Assembly: GCA_002633005.1 (NCBI GenBank)
Contig: NMRA01000104.1
Span: forward strand, 804,841 to 868,840
DNA: 64,000 nucleotides
Source of the DNA: Phoronis australis
Lineage: Eukaryota; Animalia; Phoronida
Reading direction: 5' to 3'
Program-made: the position numbers and the translations under genes
In this document: positions 47,944-59,875 of the stretch, piece by piece
How the letters are laid out: every line of letters begins with the position of its first letter
How positions within the stretch are numbered: the first letter of the stretch is position 1
The notes under the pieces: model-generated
Databases searched by the model: none
Told to the model about the DNA's origin: nothing
The model's input: the letters and a program-made list of their open reading frames with translations, nothing else

Positions 47944-49644
47944 ATGGCTACCAAATGCTCCACCTACAGTTTCCATACGTTGTTTCCCCGTTGGCGCCTT
48001 CTGCTGACAAATGTCGTCGGTCTTATGTATCTCAGTGCAGCACCTGTGTACACTCAAGACATTGCCAAGCAAATTTCAACAGTCGGGAACGCGTCCGCTA
48101 CATTGGCCGTGGACGGTGACACTGAAACGTGCACGCAGACGACTCTGGAGAGAAACCCTTGGTGGCGCCGTAGTTACTCGAAAAACAAAACTTTTATCGG
48201 ACTGACAGTAATAAACGGAAAATCCAACAACCTAAAACATCTTCATATATACTCAAAAGACGACATCGGCAAGAAATACCCGAAAAAACATTGTCGGTTT
48301 TCAAAAAGATTGTACCACAAAGGCGTCCCGAAGGGTGGCACACAATTTTTCCGCTGCAACGGGAAAAAACCTTCCGGCAAGCACCTTATTATTAGATTAA
48401 ACACCTTTCACGAGAAGGCCAACTTATCGCTTTGTGAAGTCCGTGTTAGTACCCAAGTTGCACATTCCAAGTCCCACAAACGTCCGACAACAACCACTAG
48501 TACGACGACAACTGTTCCCACAATACACCAGAAAGCGAAACACCAGTTAAACATGGTGACCATCCGGGATATGCCAAAGGTTGTACAAAATGTCCACAAG
48601 AACGTTAAACTGAGTTGTCTCGTGACAGTACCACCTCGGTTCCGCAACAGAACAATGGTCAGCTGGAGTCGAATTAGGGAAGATGGCCGACCGATTACGT
48701 TAACGCGAAACGGACAAATTGAAGCAGACTTTAACCCCATCCGATTCGGCAAGCCTAAATATGAGGTGCGGTTCACAAGCAATCCCTTTGGAACAAGTGA
48801 GGACAGATACTTGTTAAAAATCAACCGACTCTCGCTGAAAGACGGAAAATCATCGTATGAATGTCGAGCTCGTTGGCCGGGAAGCAAATTCGGTACTTCT
48901 AAACTGACCAAAATCAATGTTATTCAAAAAAGCTGCCGAATCCCGCTAGACAAAAAGTATACTGTTATGAAGGTTACCGACAACAAAACAATTCCTTTGT
49001 CCACTAACAGAACAGTTCCAGTAGGAACACGCCTGCGCTTCACATGTCCACATTTAATGGCTTGGTTCCCAAAATGGGAGGCATCGTTTGAAACCGAATG
49101 TTTTACAAATGGTACGGCTGGCTGGGTCACAGAGCGACACTGCCGCCCGGCATTCTGCTCAATCCACGTACCTCCAGCCAGTCACTACAGCGTATTACTC
49201 GTTTCGGAGAGGGGACGCCTACGATCGCCGAATCTCAACAAGTATATGGCGGTAGAGGACCGCGTCACCTTCAAGTGCGAGCCGGGTTACGCCTGGGACG
49301 CTCTGATGGTTACAAAGAGCAACTTGCCATGCCATCCGGCCAACTACACGCCGGAGTATAACTATGCCCATCTCGGCGAGTCCGAGGTTCCGCCTCTACC
49401 TCCACCTTGTAAACCGGCTAACTACTGCGCCATATTCTCAAACAAACAACCCAGAAACTATGATCTCCGTCATATCGACGAATCAAAAGCAGAAATAAAG
49501 CAAATATCGGTATTACAGAATGTGGTTGGATACGGCGCAGTGCTGCATTACGAATGTCGCAATGGGTACACGTGGAACAACAAGAAAAAGAAGGTTCTGA
49601 CATGTAACGCCAACTTTACGCTACCGCCACAATGCGCAAAGTAA
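47944..49644 (+). CDS. Secreted mosaic protein: F-type lectin-like domain, Thr-rich linker, Ig-like domain, 3 Sushi/CCP domains; single coding exon
   Basis: 566-aa ORF. Hydrophobic N-terminus; AVDGDTETCTQTTLERNPWW...LSLCEVRV (FTP/fucolectin fold); VKLSC..VSWSR...LKINRLSLKDGKSSYECRA (Ig); three C..GxxxxF/YxC..G/W..C...C modules. Splice acceptor just upstream (~47896) suggests a 5' UTR intron. Confidence 0.9.
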   Translation: MATKCSTYSFHTLFPRWRLLLTNVVGLMYLSAAPVYTQDIAKQISTVGNASATLAVDGDTETCTQTTLERNPWWRRSYSKNKTFIGLTVINGKSNNLKHLHIYSKDDIGKKYPKKHCRFSKRLYHKGVPKGGTQFFRCNGKKPSGKHLIIRLNTFHEKANLSLCEVRVSTQVAHSKSHKRPTTTTSTTTTVPTIHQKAKHQLNMVTIRDMPKVVQNVHKNVKLSCLVTVPPRFRNRTMVSWSRIREDGRPITLTRNGQIEADFNPIRFGKPKYEVRFTSNPFGTSEDRYLLKINRLSLKDGKSSYECRARWPGSKFGTSKLTKINVIQKSCRIPLDKKYTVMKVTDNKTIPLSTNRTVPVGTRLRFTCPHLMAWFPKWEASFETECFTNGTAGWVTERHCRPAFCSIHVPPASHYSVLLVSERGRLRSPNLNKYMAVEDRVTFKCEPGYAWDALMVTKSNLPCHPANYTPEYNYAHLGESEVPPLPPPCKPANYCAIFSNKQPRNYDLRHIDESKAEIKQISVLQNVVGYGAVLHYECRNGYTWNNKKKKVLTCNANFTLPPQCAK

Positions 49645-51756
49645 TCGTGTTTCTGACTATTATGGAAGGTGTGCGAATAAGTTGGGTGAAAAACAAGAAC
49701 GATGGGACAGACCTGGCCAGTTTCACACTGCTTACATCACACGCACCTCCATCAACAAGTTTGCAGAGAGAAAGGGTGAACTCAGCTGCCTTGACCTTTT
49801 ATTTCGTGACCTACAGATTATTGGTTTTACTCTTTATAGCCAAGAGGTCAATTCAAAACCCTGAAAATATTGGTTTATATGTATTTTTATACTCTGGAAT
49901 AATTTGATATGAAAATACACAAAACTTATTTGTAGCTTATTGGTCTTCAACAGTCAAAACAAGTGTGGCGCAATAACAGCAATTCATTGAATACAAGTAT
50001 AACTATATTTCTCATAAACATGTATAGAGAAATGAGTATCCGGCTTGAGTAACAAATCTCATTTTAACACTGAGCCTGAGGAATCCATGCCTTACTACAT
50101 ACTATTACTACAAGTTTTTCAGAATACTATTGTACTATCACAGCTATCTGAAACAACAAGGAATAATTGTGTTTGCATCAGAATGAATCAAACGTTTGCA
50201 GATACATTTCATAATTTTATAGCATCACTGGAATTTAAACTATAATCACATCCTGAAATACCGCAATGCTACTCTGTTTCAGTGGTATTTACCCACAATG
50301 CTGCGCAAGGAACTCCTGCAACACTACTGGCATTTTGCACAAAAATCAGTTCATCATTTACCACTGTTTCGAGATCATCAGACTACAGTGATGCTCACCA
50401 CAACAGGTCAAGCCAAGGACAACTACTTATTACCCATCTGTTTCAATGTCATTTACCAAAACATACACCTTAAGTCCTAGTTAAGATCCCCTACCTGTCA
50501 ATTACAACAACAGGCCCCCATTACATTTATAGTCTGAGCTTAAACCGAAATCAACCAACATTTCATGAAATTCCTCAAGGTCATATAGGACCCAAAAATG
50601 TTCAAATCTGACAAACCTCGGGACATCACATCTCAGAAATAGCTGGTGAGATTCATATTAAACTTTCAGATACTATGCTTAAAGCAATGTTCTGCTTTCA
50701 CAAAAATAGCACTTTTATGAAAAAAACAAGATGCATAACTTGCCAAGGATATATTTTACAAAACTGTAACTGAGCGTTTTCGTGATTTGATCTTAAACTA
50801 AAGCAAATGTTATTCATTGTATTGTCTTACTATGAATGTACCTTTCTTCTTTGCAAAATTTTACAGCAAACCGAAAAAATGACTGATTGAAGTGTCAATA
50901 AAAATCACATTTTACAGAAAATGCGTACTTTTCCTAGATATTTGGGTATTTGTGCAGACTTGACAACGGGGTCCTAGTATCTTAAAGAACAAACGTAAGA
51001 CTGAAATTGGTCTAAGTTATCACCAAAAGTTAACCTGCTATGGAGTAGGCTACAGATCGCATTTTTGATCTAAACACCAAAAATTTATGAGTATCACCAC
51101 AGTAAGTTATCACAGAATAAATTTCGTTCATATTTTTTACAATATTTTACATTCAAATACCTTAAAACAATGTCCAATTGAAGATCATCTGGTTTCAAAT
51201 CGTGACTCAGCAAAGCACCTTAGAGACAATGCAGTGCGACTCACCTGCACGCCTGAGAGGATATTGTTACATATTAGCACTGTATCTATTAGCTGTATAG
51301 TGTCAATTATTTCTTATAGATGTCACTTCAGTAGGTGTGCGACTTTGACCTATAATATATGCTGGAAATGCACGTTTTTGCACACAACGGATTTTTTCCG
51401 GGCATACCAGGGTCTCCTCAAGTAAATGAGATTCCAATTGAACCGATGTCTCCAAAATGTTATTAATATAAATCCCTATGCTTGAATTACTGGACTTCAC
51501 ACATAATCTAGTTTAGTGTTTTTAAATTGATAAAAGGTGGCGAAAGCGTATTTGGTAAGCTCCCTATGGCGAACCTCAACTAAGTTAAGACTTAAGTTAC
51601 AATTTTGTCAAATTTTGGTCTAAATCTAGACAAATTTCTGCTTTTAATTATTCAGTAAATTTTCACGAAGCAGGCTGAAAAATCCCCTAGGTCCCTACCT
51701 GTCACACACCACAATACCCCCTAAGTCCCCCACTATCACCTAAAGGTCCTTGCCTG

Positions 51757-54700
51757 TCAGCTGTCATTATGCCTGAGAACTAGAAGTCTACACGCCCCTT
51801 CATACACACTAAAGTGTAGGCCAGTACTGAGAGCTGCCTTCATCACACTGGGCATAGCTCCCTTGTACAAGCTGTGCACTCCCTCCCTCCTCACGACACC
51901 CACTAGACAGTCCAACAGTCCTCTGTACTGGCCAGTCTCACCAAATGGTCGGCGTGCCTCTTCAAAACCCTGCACTTGAAGCCTTTTCTTAAGGAGATCT
52001 AATGGGTATACAGCCATCTTAGCACACACACCCGCTGTAGACCCACACACCATAGCTTCCAGGTTTTCTGAGACACAAAAAAGCAAGTTTCGCCTTTGTA
52101 GAAAACATTAGAGTGAATGCAAATATATGCTCACTGTTTCTCCTTGCAAAAACAAAAACTACTACTGCAAATACTGTTGAGGCACAGTACAAGCCTCAAG
52201 TAATCAGACAAAATCATCGGGGCTTCCCTGTCATATTGGCTGGTCAGAAGCTGAATTCATTGTCATAGTCTTCCCTCATAACAGAAGGGGATGAACAGGA
52301 AAGTTAGAAAGGTATCTCAGCCATTTTCTAATTGGAATTTTGTCTCCATAATAGTGACTACCAGTCATTTTCATTGTTAATAGAATTAGTTGTCATGACC
52401 TGAAATGATATTCTGTCTGAATACTCTCGTCTTCAACAACATACAGCGGTCAATCGTCAACAATGACACACATAACAAATACATGCCACTAACATGTTAA
52501 CATTTATACAACTATAATATAATGAATCAGGAATGCAGCCAAATATCATACACAGGGTGTTCCAAAAATGTACTCACACTTCATGTCTAAAGTTGAAATT
52601 CAGTACCTGTGGATCAGACCCTGTGCCAGGGCCACTGTATGGTTACACCATTCTGTGAAAGTAGGTGCATAAGCCATCACATGCTCTCTTGCATGGGAAT
52701 GGCAAACAAACATGCTTTGGAGAACGAAAAAATTTCACGCAACACTACTGGAAACTCAAGAACACCAAGGCAGTGCAAACACGATCTTCTTCCCATTTAC
52801 GAGCACTTTGGTTTCAAGAAAAAAATTTTGAACACCATTTTATGAATTTAAAACCAGTAACCACGATGCCAAGTCAATAGACAATCCAATTATTCTCATT
52901 TGAACTGAAGACTGGATACATTTAATGAACTGTTATTACAAATTAGGTCAGAATAAGCTGTTACCTTTAAAGTAAACTTTTTGGCAAACAGGTTCCAAAA
53001 TTGTTTTCCATATCAATCGGAAAACTGAATAAAAGCCGAACTGCATGCCACTGTATGGTGCAATTTGAAGCAAAGATGGAACAAGACCTTTGTAGAATGA
53101 CCTGGCGCCCTCTGTTGAGTACATGGCTATGCACGCTTGGAGGTAGTTTCTGTAAATCTGAAGAAAAACAGATAATTGAACCATTAATTGTTTGTATACC
53201 AGCATTGTACAGTGCATGTCATCAGGCCCTCAAGCAGTAGATACTTGGCATTGTAAATACAAAATCCAGACTAATACAATACCTGACCACCCCGTAACTT
53301 GAGACAATGCCAAGCAGGGTCATTCATGGACTACGCCTCTGCTCCATTAGCACATGAAAAAGTAAAAAAGGCACAGGTGCGTTGAAGCAGTGTGCCCCCC
53401 CAGTCACATCTTTTAAAATGCAACAGTCTTCTAGTCAACTTAGTCAAGTAAAATATGACCCTTGGGGTTTCTGTTTCATATGTTAACATTTTAATCACAC
53501 TAAGTCTGGTCAGGAATAACCCTGGCCAACTGATAAAGAACTTGAGACAACTCTCCCCTTTTCAATTACCAACCCGAGATGACACCATGAGCCCAAAGTA
53601 ACCCCCGTTACACTAGGCAAAATGAAGACAATACCTGAGGACCGGATACCCACCCAAAACGTCCCTATCAGCTGCTTCTACAGGAGCCCTCTCCCCGGAA
53701 AGTGACCACGCACACACTGTTAAGATAGCTACAGAAGACATCACAGGTTTTGGCATTCGCAAGTCATGGCATTCGCTACACAGTATCCCACATGACACCA
53801 CTGAACATGTCTTTATTACAATAGACAACCAAGCTTAACAATAAATTATAATGTCAAATACCTTAGGTTCTCCTTGAGCAACGAATCTTGTGCGTAAGAC
53901 ATCAAAGGGCTGACAAATAACAGTGGCAGTGGAACCGGCCACAGTGCCACTGACAAAGTGAACAACGGGTTTTAAGAATTCTTTGGACACCGAATCTGGC
54001 ACCATCGGAGTCAAAGTTTTAGTCACAGCCTCAAATGTGGCAAACTGAAAAACAACAATACTCCACGATTATCCACACATCACCTATATTATAATACAAC
54101 TTCGTGCAGCAAACTTTGCCTGGGCAACACTGGTTTGGTGGATATCGGTGCTGCGTTCCTTTTTTAGCCCCACCAAATACCCAAACAGTTCCCTTGCACC
54201 ATTTTGGATGTGGTAATCTGCTAAACAACATTTTTTTGTGAAACTGTTGAACCTACATTTGTTAGACTATTTTCACTTTCACTCGTGACCATTATTTTGT
54301 TATGAATTGACTTATCCCACATTCTGTACGCGTGATGTGTTATGGTCATTTAGCACTCATTTGTTAATTAGGTGAATGTTCCTTGTGGAGATCCTGGTTT
54401 TCCACTTTTAAGTGATAAATAATATAATTATCTTTGAATAGCCTTACTTTTTCAGCTGAATTATGCCACAGCTCTGTTTACTGGTAACTTGGTGTGCGCC
54501 ATGTTTATTGTTTCTCAGAAACACAAATGAACAGCGCCAGCTTCAGAAAGAATGAACAACTACTAGAAAATGTCTGCTGCAAAGTGACCATTGATTGATT
54601 TTTGGCCAGAATTGTTGAATTTGATAGATTATGTCATTTGTATAATTAACAACCAAAAATATCAAACTTATGTTATCTGCTACTGAAATATGTAAATTCA

Positions 54701-55917
54701 ATTCAAAATCTCTACGTTAAGAAGTCAAATTTGGTGAACTGAGTCTGTTTTCCGTTGATGCGGAAAACCATGGTCGTGTTTAAAAATGTAAACATAAACT
54801 TTGCTACATGTTAGTTGCAGCAGCGCTAAAATTTTAATTTTTATGCAAAAGAACCCGAGACCAACTATTGGCACTTGAGAGGTAAACAGCCTTCTTTATA
54901 TGTAAATTTATAAATTCTGCTGACTTTTCTAACGTGAAGCACCTCTTCTTACACTTAAATGAGTAAGCCCTCTTACAAGTTTTAGATTGATATTTTTACT
55001 AGGCACTCAACATGAGCCTGCCACAAAAAAGCAAAACAAGAACTTTCACGAGAGTAATTAATAGCGAATGTGGTCTGAAAACAATTAGCGCCAACAAAGA
55101 GCGCTCACCTCCACAGCTCCATAGACACAGGACAAGAGCTGGGCTGACATGTGACCCTTCCATAGAGCAGTAACACCCTCCTCTTGTATGATGACAGTCA
55201 TAGCTTGTACAACACCTCGATACTTGGAATGGCAACTCCACTTGCTGATTGGTTCCAGCTGAAGCTGCAACACATTCACAGAAATTAGTCTGGGAACACG
55301 TCATATCCTGGTGTGAGCATTGTAAAAATGGCCAGTTGCAGATTTGAGCAACTGAATGAAGGACTACTTGTAAAAATTTGATTGCGGAAGTATTTGTTAG
55401 AGCTGGGAAGAGTTAAAGACATCAGTGGAATCCTAACGTTTTCATTTAAACGCAAATGATAATTTTAACAACATGTCCTTGTCGGTTTAATCAGTGTTGA
55501 TAAAAAACAACAATGAATTTAAATTGACTTGACAAGTTTCGGCATTTATTAAAACAACATCCTCAGAAGCAAAAACAGTGGCCACCTTGCTAGGCCCAAC
55601 AACAAGTAATGATTGCAGACACAGTCATTTAAAGGGGAATTTAACAGTAGACTAGACTAACAAAGATGATCTGTGGTGTTCCAGTTGCTTCTGGCGTATG
55701 GAGAGCCCATGGTATGATCACTGACCATGTCTACTGGGGCCACTGAGACTGTGGTACTGCAGCACAACTCTGTAAACTAAGTAGTTACCTGGAAACGGAT
55801 TTTTAGTACATCGAGTGGCTGAGTGAACAGCCGGGTGCACCCTCCAGCAGTCGCTCCTGCCACTCCATACTCCAGTGAGCTCAGTTTAACTGGACGAGCA
55901 GCATCATAACCGACCAT
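51757..55917 (-). CDS. SLC25A19: Mitochondrial thiamine pyrophosphate carrier; coding exons 55789-55917, 55109-55264, 53862-54044, 52965-53157, 51757-52067 (~323 aa)
   Basis: Starts MVGYD; three mitochondrial carrier signatures PLDVLKIRFQ, PFDVLRTRF, PLDLLKKRLQVQGFEEARRPFG; RFVAQGEPK; phase-consistent GT-AG junctions. Confidence 0.93.
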
Positions 55918-56554
55918 ATCTATTGCTGCACGTGGTGGTCTCTTCTAACCAGCTAACCCATCATCTCTGAAAAGACAACATGCTATTACATACACCAGCA
56001 ATTTCAGATAGGGAGAACTGGAGAAGGGGTTCCCAATAATGACGAAGCTGACACTGACATGGAAGTGTCACTCACCAGAATGATTAGGCCAAAAAAGCAT
56101 TACCCGGTCCTGGTCTGCGTGCATCAGCAGCTTCGCATTAAAACTAGAGCAAGCATAGCCTTGGTACAAAGCTGTATACTAAATATGACTACAATCTTCA
56201 TGGGCCAGCACTAACTCAAAGCCTAGACTTCAAACAGAGCCGCAGCCGGTAGTGAGGGAATTTCACCGCTGTTTTGTTGTTGAATTCTAAACCAAAGCGT
56301 TTTGGGTATTCTCTGCAGGAAACATGTCACATTGTAACAGATTCAGTTACTTGTTGTTCTCCATGCCTGTATTACTTACGAAGTATTGTATAAATGACAT
56401 ACAGGACACGACGCGTGGTACTCGACGAACACCGATCAACCTTATCCGCTTCGCAACATACGCAAGCGTACCCTGGTGGCCAAGTACAAAATCATACAGA
56501 AGTAAGGAAGAGTTCAGCTCCTGGGTAGAGCGACGACTGTGTCCAGTCCTGTAG

Positions 56555-56707
56555 CAGTGGCGGACTTAGAGGGGCCCAAGGGGCCATGCCCCTCCTAAAA
56601 TTCTCCCATATTAAATTTGGTAATTCGGGGTGTAAGTGTCTGACGGCCAAATTCCTGGCTAATACTCTGTCCCGCCACCCCAACTCAAAATCCTGGATCC
56701 GCCCCTG
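56555..56707. mobile_element. MITE (CAGTGGCGGA...TCCGCCCCTG); second copy at 60284-60435 within the duplication
   Basis: TIRs and internal similarity to 46497-46644; no clear TSD. Confidence 0.7.
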
Positions 56708-57509
56708 GTCGAGGTTTTGCAGCACTAGTTGCAGCAAAGAACAGACATTACGTGGTACGTTTTGTTTGAGTAGACTTGAGTACATGCAGCCGAAGTTTAT
56801 AAAGTGATTAACTCGAACCAGTCTTCAGCCTATCGTCGCACCGAAAGCTACTTAGACACCGGTCAGCGATAACCTGTGTCCGCCCATCCACGGAGTAAAC
56901 CGCGTGTTCATTATAAAATTTGCAAACAAATGCTTGCCGACTAAGCACGTTTTATGAATAAAACGGATAAAAAGGCTAATGTAGACGGCACACCCATATT
57001 AAAACCGCAAATGATTTCTTGTTTTTTCATTTCATTCTTTTATTCATATCACGACTACAGTCGAACGTATTACTAACGTTTTTCATAAGCTCATTCATTC
57101 ACACATTCCTATGAGAAAACCAACTAGTTTCCTATCTTAAGAGTGCAGTGCACCTCAGACCAGACAAAAGCCATAAATGGGTGAAACGTCCTATGTCACG
57201 GATTTGGATCATACTATGCGTTACAGTTTACTTTCTTATGTTATATTACTAAAATGTAGTTTAAACAACTCACTCTGATATGTAGTTTAAAAGTCGGGCA
57301 CATCAGTTTTCGCTCAAAATCAGTGACAAATTTTAACGTGAAATCTCATTTTTGTGTTATTGTAAAAATCATAGAAGCTACTGGACAGTGAAATAGTTTG
57401 TGTTATGGATTAACTCATCCATGGTCACATTAATAATAATAAATAGAAATTGGAAATATTGCCTGAAATTTCTAAGGATAACGGCGTCAAAGAAGCAAAA
57501 ACACAGAAA

Positions 57510-57950
57510 ACTGATAACCATTCTTTACCCCGTTGTGAACAACAATTTCTGGGAATAGCATTTCAAGCATTTTTTCATGACGATCCTTGGAAAGAACGCA
57601 AACTGAAACGCGACTATTGTAATATCAGTTGAATTGAATGCAATCAACCTTGAGTAGTACAAGAGAACGTCTGTATACGTATGTATTTATCGGATAACGA
57701 TTCTTTACCCTGCATTGAGAACAACAACTCCGAGGAACAGTTTTCAAGCATTTTAGTTCTTGACGATTCTTGGAAAGAGTGTAATCTGAAACGCGACTGT
57801 TGTGATGCCGGTTGAATTAAATGTAACCAACCTTGCATGTATTTATCTGATGACGATTCTTTGCTCTGCATTCAGTACAACAATGCGATGCATAGTTTTC
57901 CATGCATTTTTTCATGACGATTCCTGGAAAGAACTCAAAGTGACACGCTT
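57510..57950. repeat. Degenerate ~170-bp tandem repeat (~3 units), duplicated at ~61240-61680
   Basis: Recurring TTTT(TCA)TGACGATxCTTGGAAAGA..xAAxCTGAAACGCG and GATTCTTTxCxCTGCATT blocks. Confidence 0.6.
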
Positions 57951-59450
57951 CGACACTCAGTAACAGTAGCATAGAATATGCATTTGAAAACTGCACTTGT
58001 TAGATATTGTCACTCAACAGATGTTTGTATGCATTATATATGACTTTTATTCGCCAGTAAGGAAGTAAGAAAGTACGTGATCTAGTTTTTGAAATCCGGC
58101 ACATTCTCGTGTCTCTCATTAATGTCGGAAACTAAGGCAAAGAATTCTAGATCACGCATCCACGGGTATTTGTCCAGCCTATAAAACCTTTTCACGCCGG
58201 TGTTGCAGCCCTCAACCCAACACTTAATAATTCGTTAGCATAGGAAGAACTAATAGAGTAATGCTACCCAGAAAAACTTGAAGAATCAGACAACAACAAA
58301 TAAAAGTGAAAGTCCAGTGGCTCGAAAACGAGGCAGCAAATGTGCCTGACGAATGTTTACGGCATTGTGGGTAAATACAGCTAGATTCGAATGTCGTTGT
58401 GTAATCCGGGACTGCCCTATTGCCAAGAACCGCAAGTAAATAGTACTAACTGTATGTTTTAATTCTACTAGTTATATGCTTCGACCGTACAGTTAATAGC
58501 GGAAAGCGATTGAGAAACAATTCTAATAAACTTCAGCACTCAAGTAAATAACCCCGGCATGAATCCTGAAGGTTACTGGAGTGACTCCAACACTGACTTA
58601 TTCAGTTCTGACAGTGGCGTTATTTTGAACTCGGGAGACGATTTGTGTGCGTTAAAATATTGCCCTTCGTTATTCATAGGATTCACAAAGGATTGCAGGT
58701 GATACTCAAACATTATACTAAGACCGTAAGTTATTTTTAGAAATGCCATTGCTTGAGAGAACGCTTGTTAGCTGTCCCGCCGGTTTTCGGAGGTAGCGCA
58801 GCTTAGAAAACTTTAAAAAAGTCACTCAGCTACTTTGAAATTTGTACAGACATCTTAGCCGAGTACAGAAATTTNCAACACCTCGATATTTGGAATGGCA
58901 ACTCCACTTGCTGATTGGTTCCAGCTGAAGCTGCAACACATTCACAGAAATTAGTCTGGGAACACGTCATCCCCTGGTGTGAGCATTGTAAAAATGGCCA
59001 GTTGCTGATTTGAGCAACTGAATGAAGGACTACTTGAAAAAATTTGATTGCGGGAGTATTTGTTTGAGCTGGGATGAGTTAAAGACATCAGTGGAATCCT
59101 AACGTTTTCATTTAAACGCAAATGATAATTTTAACAACATGTCCTTGTCGGTTTAATCAGTGTTGATAAAAAACAACAATGAATTTAAATTGACTTGACA
59201 AGTTTCGGCATTTATTAAAACAACATCCTCAGAAGCAAAAACAGTGGCCACCTTGCTAGGCCCAACAACAAGTAATGATTGCAGACACAGTCATTTAAAG
59301 GGGAATTTAACAGTAGACTAGACTAACAAAGATGATCTGTGGTGTTCCAGTTGCTTCTGGCGTATGGAGAGCCCATGGTATGATCACCATGTCTACTGGG
59401 GCCATTGAGACAGTGGTACTGCAGCACAACTCTGTAAACTAAGTAGCTAC

Positions 59451-59579
59451 CTGGAAACGGATTTTTAGTACATCGAGTGGCTGAGTGAACAGCCGGGTGC
59501 ACCCTCCAGCAGTCGCTCCTGCCACTCCATACTCCAGTGAGCTCAGCTTAACTGGACGGGCAGCGTCATAACCGACCAT
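59451..59579 (-). CDS. SLC25A19: Second copy of SLC25A19 coding exon 1 (allelic or duplicated), followed by a truncated exon 2 ending at the N
   Basis: Encodes MVGYDAARPVKLSSLEYGVAG...KIRFQ; the three differences seen versus 55789-55917 are synonymous. Confidence 0.75.
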
Positions 59580-59778
59580 ATCTATTGCTGCACGTGGTGG
59601 TCTCTTCTAACTCCCTAACCCATCATCTCTGAAAAGACAACATGCTATTATATACACCAACAATTTCAGATAGGGAGAACTGGAGAAGGGGTTCCCAATA
59701 ATGACGAAGCTGACACTGACAAGTGTCACCACCAGAATGATTAGGCCAAAACTAGAGCAAGCATAGCCTTGGTACAAA

Positions 59779-59875
59779 CACAGGCGTCCTCAGCTTCTGA
59801 TCGTCCCCAATACACTACATCTTGTAGTATTATATGTAGTGTATTGGGGACGATCAGAAGCTGAGGACGCCTGTG
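59779..59875. mobile_element. 97-bp palindromic MITE, recent insertion with empty site present at ~56163-56170
   Basis: 42-bp perfect TIRs starting CACAGGCGTCC, 13-nt loop, perfect 8-bp TSD GGTACAAA; the other copy has a single GGTACAAA. Confidence 0.92.
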
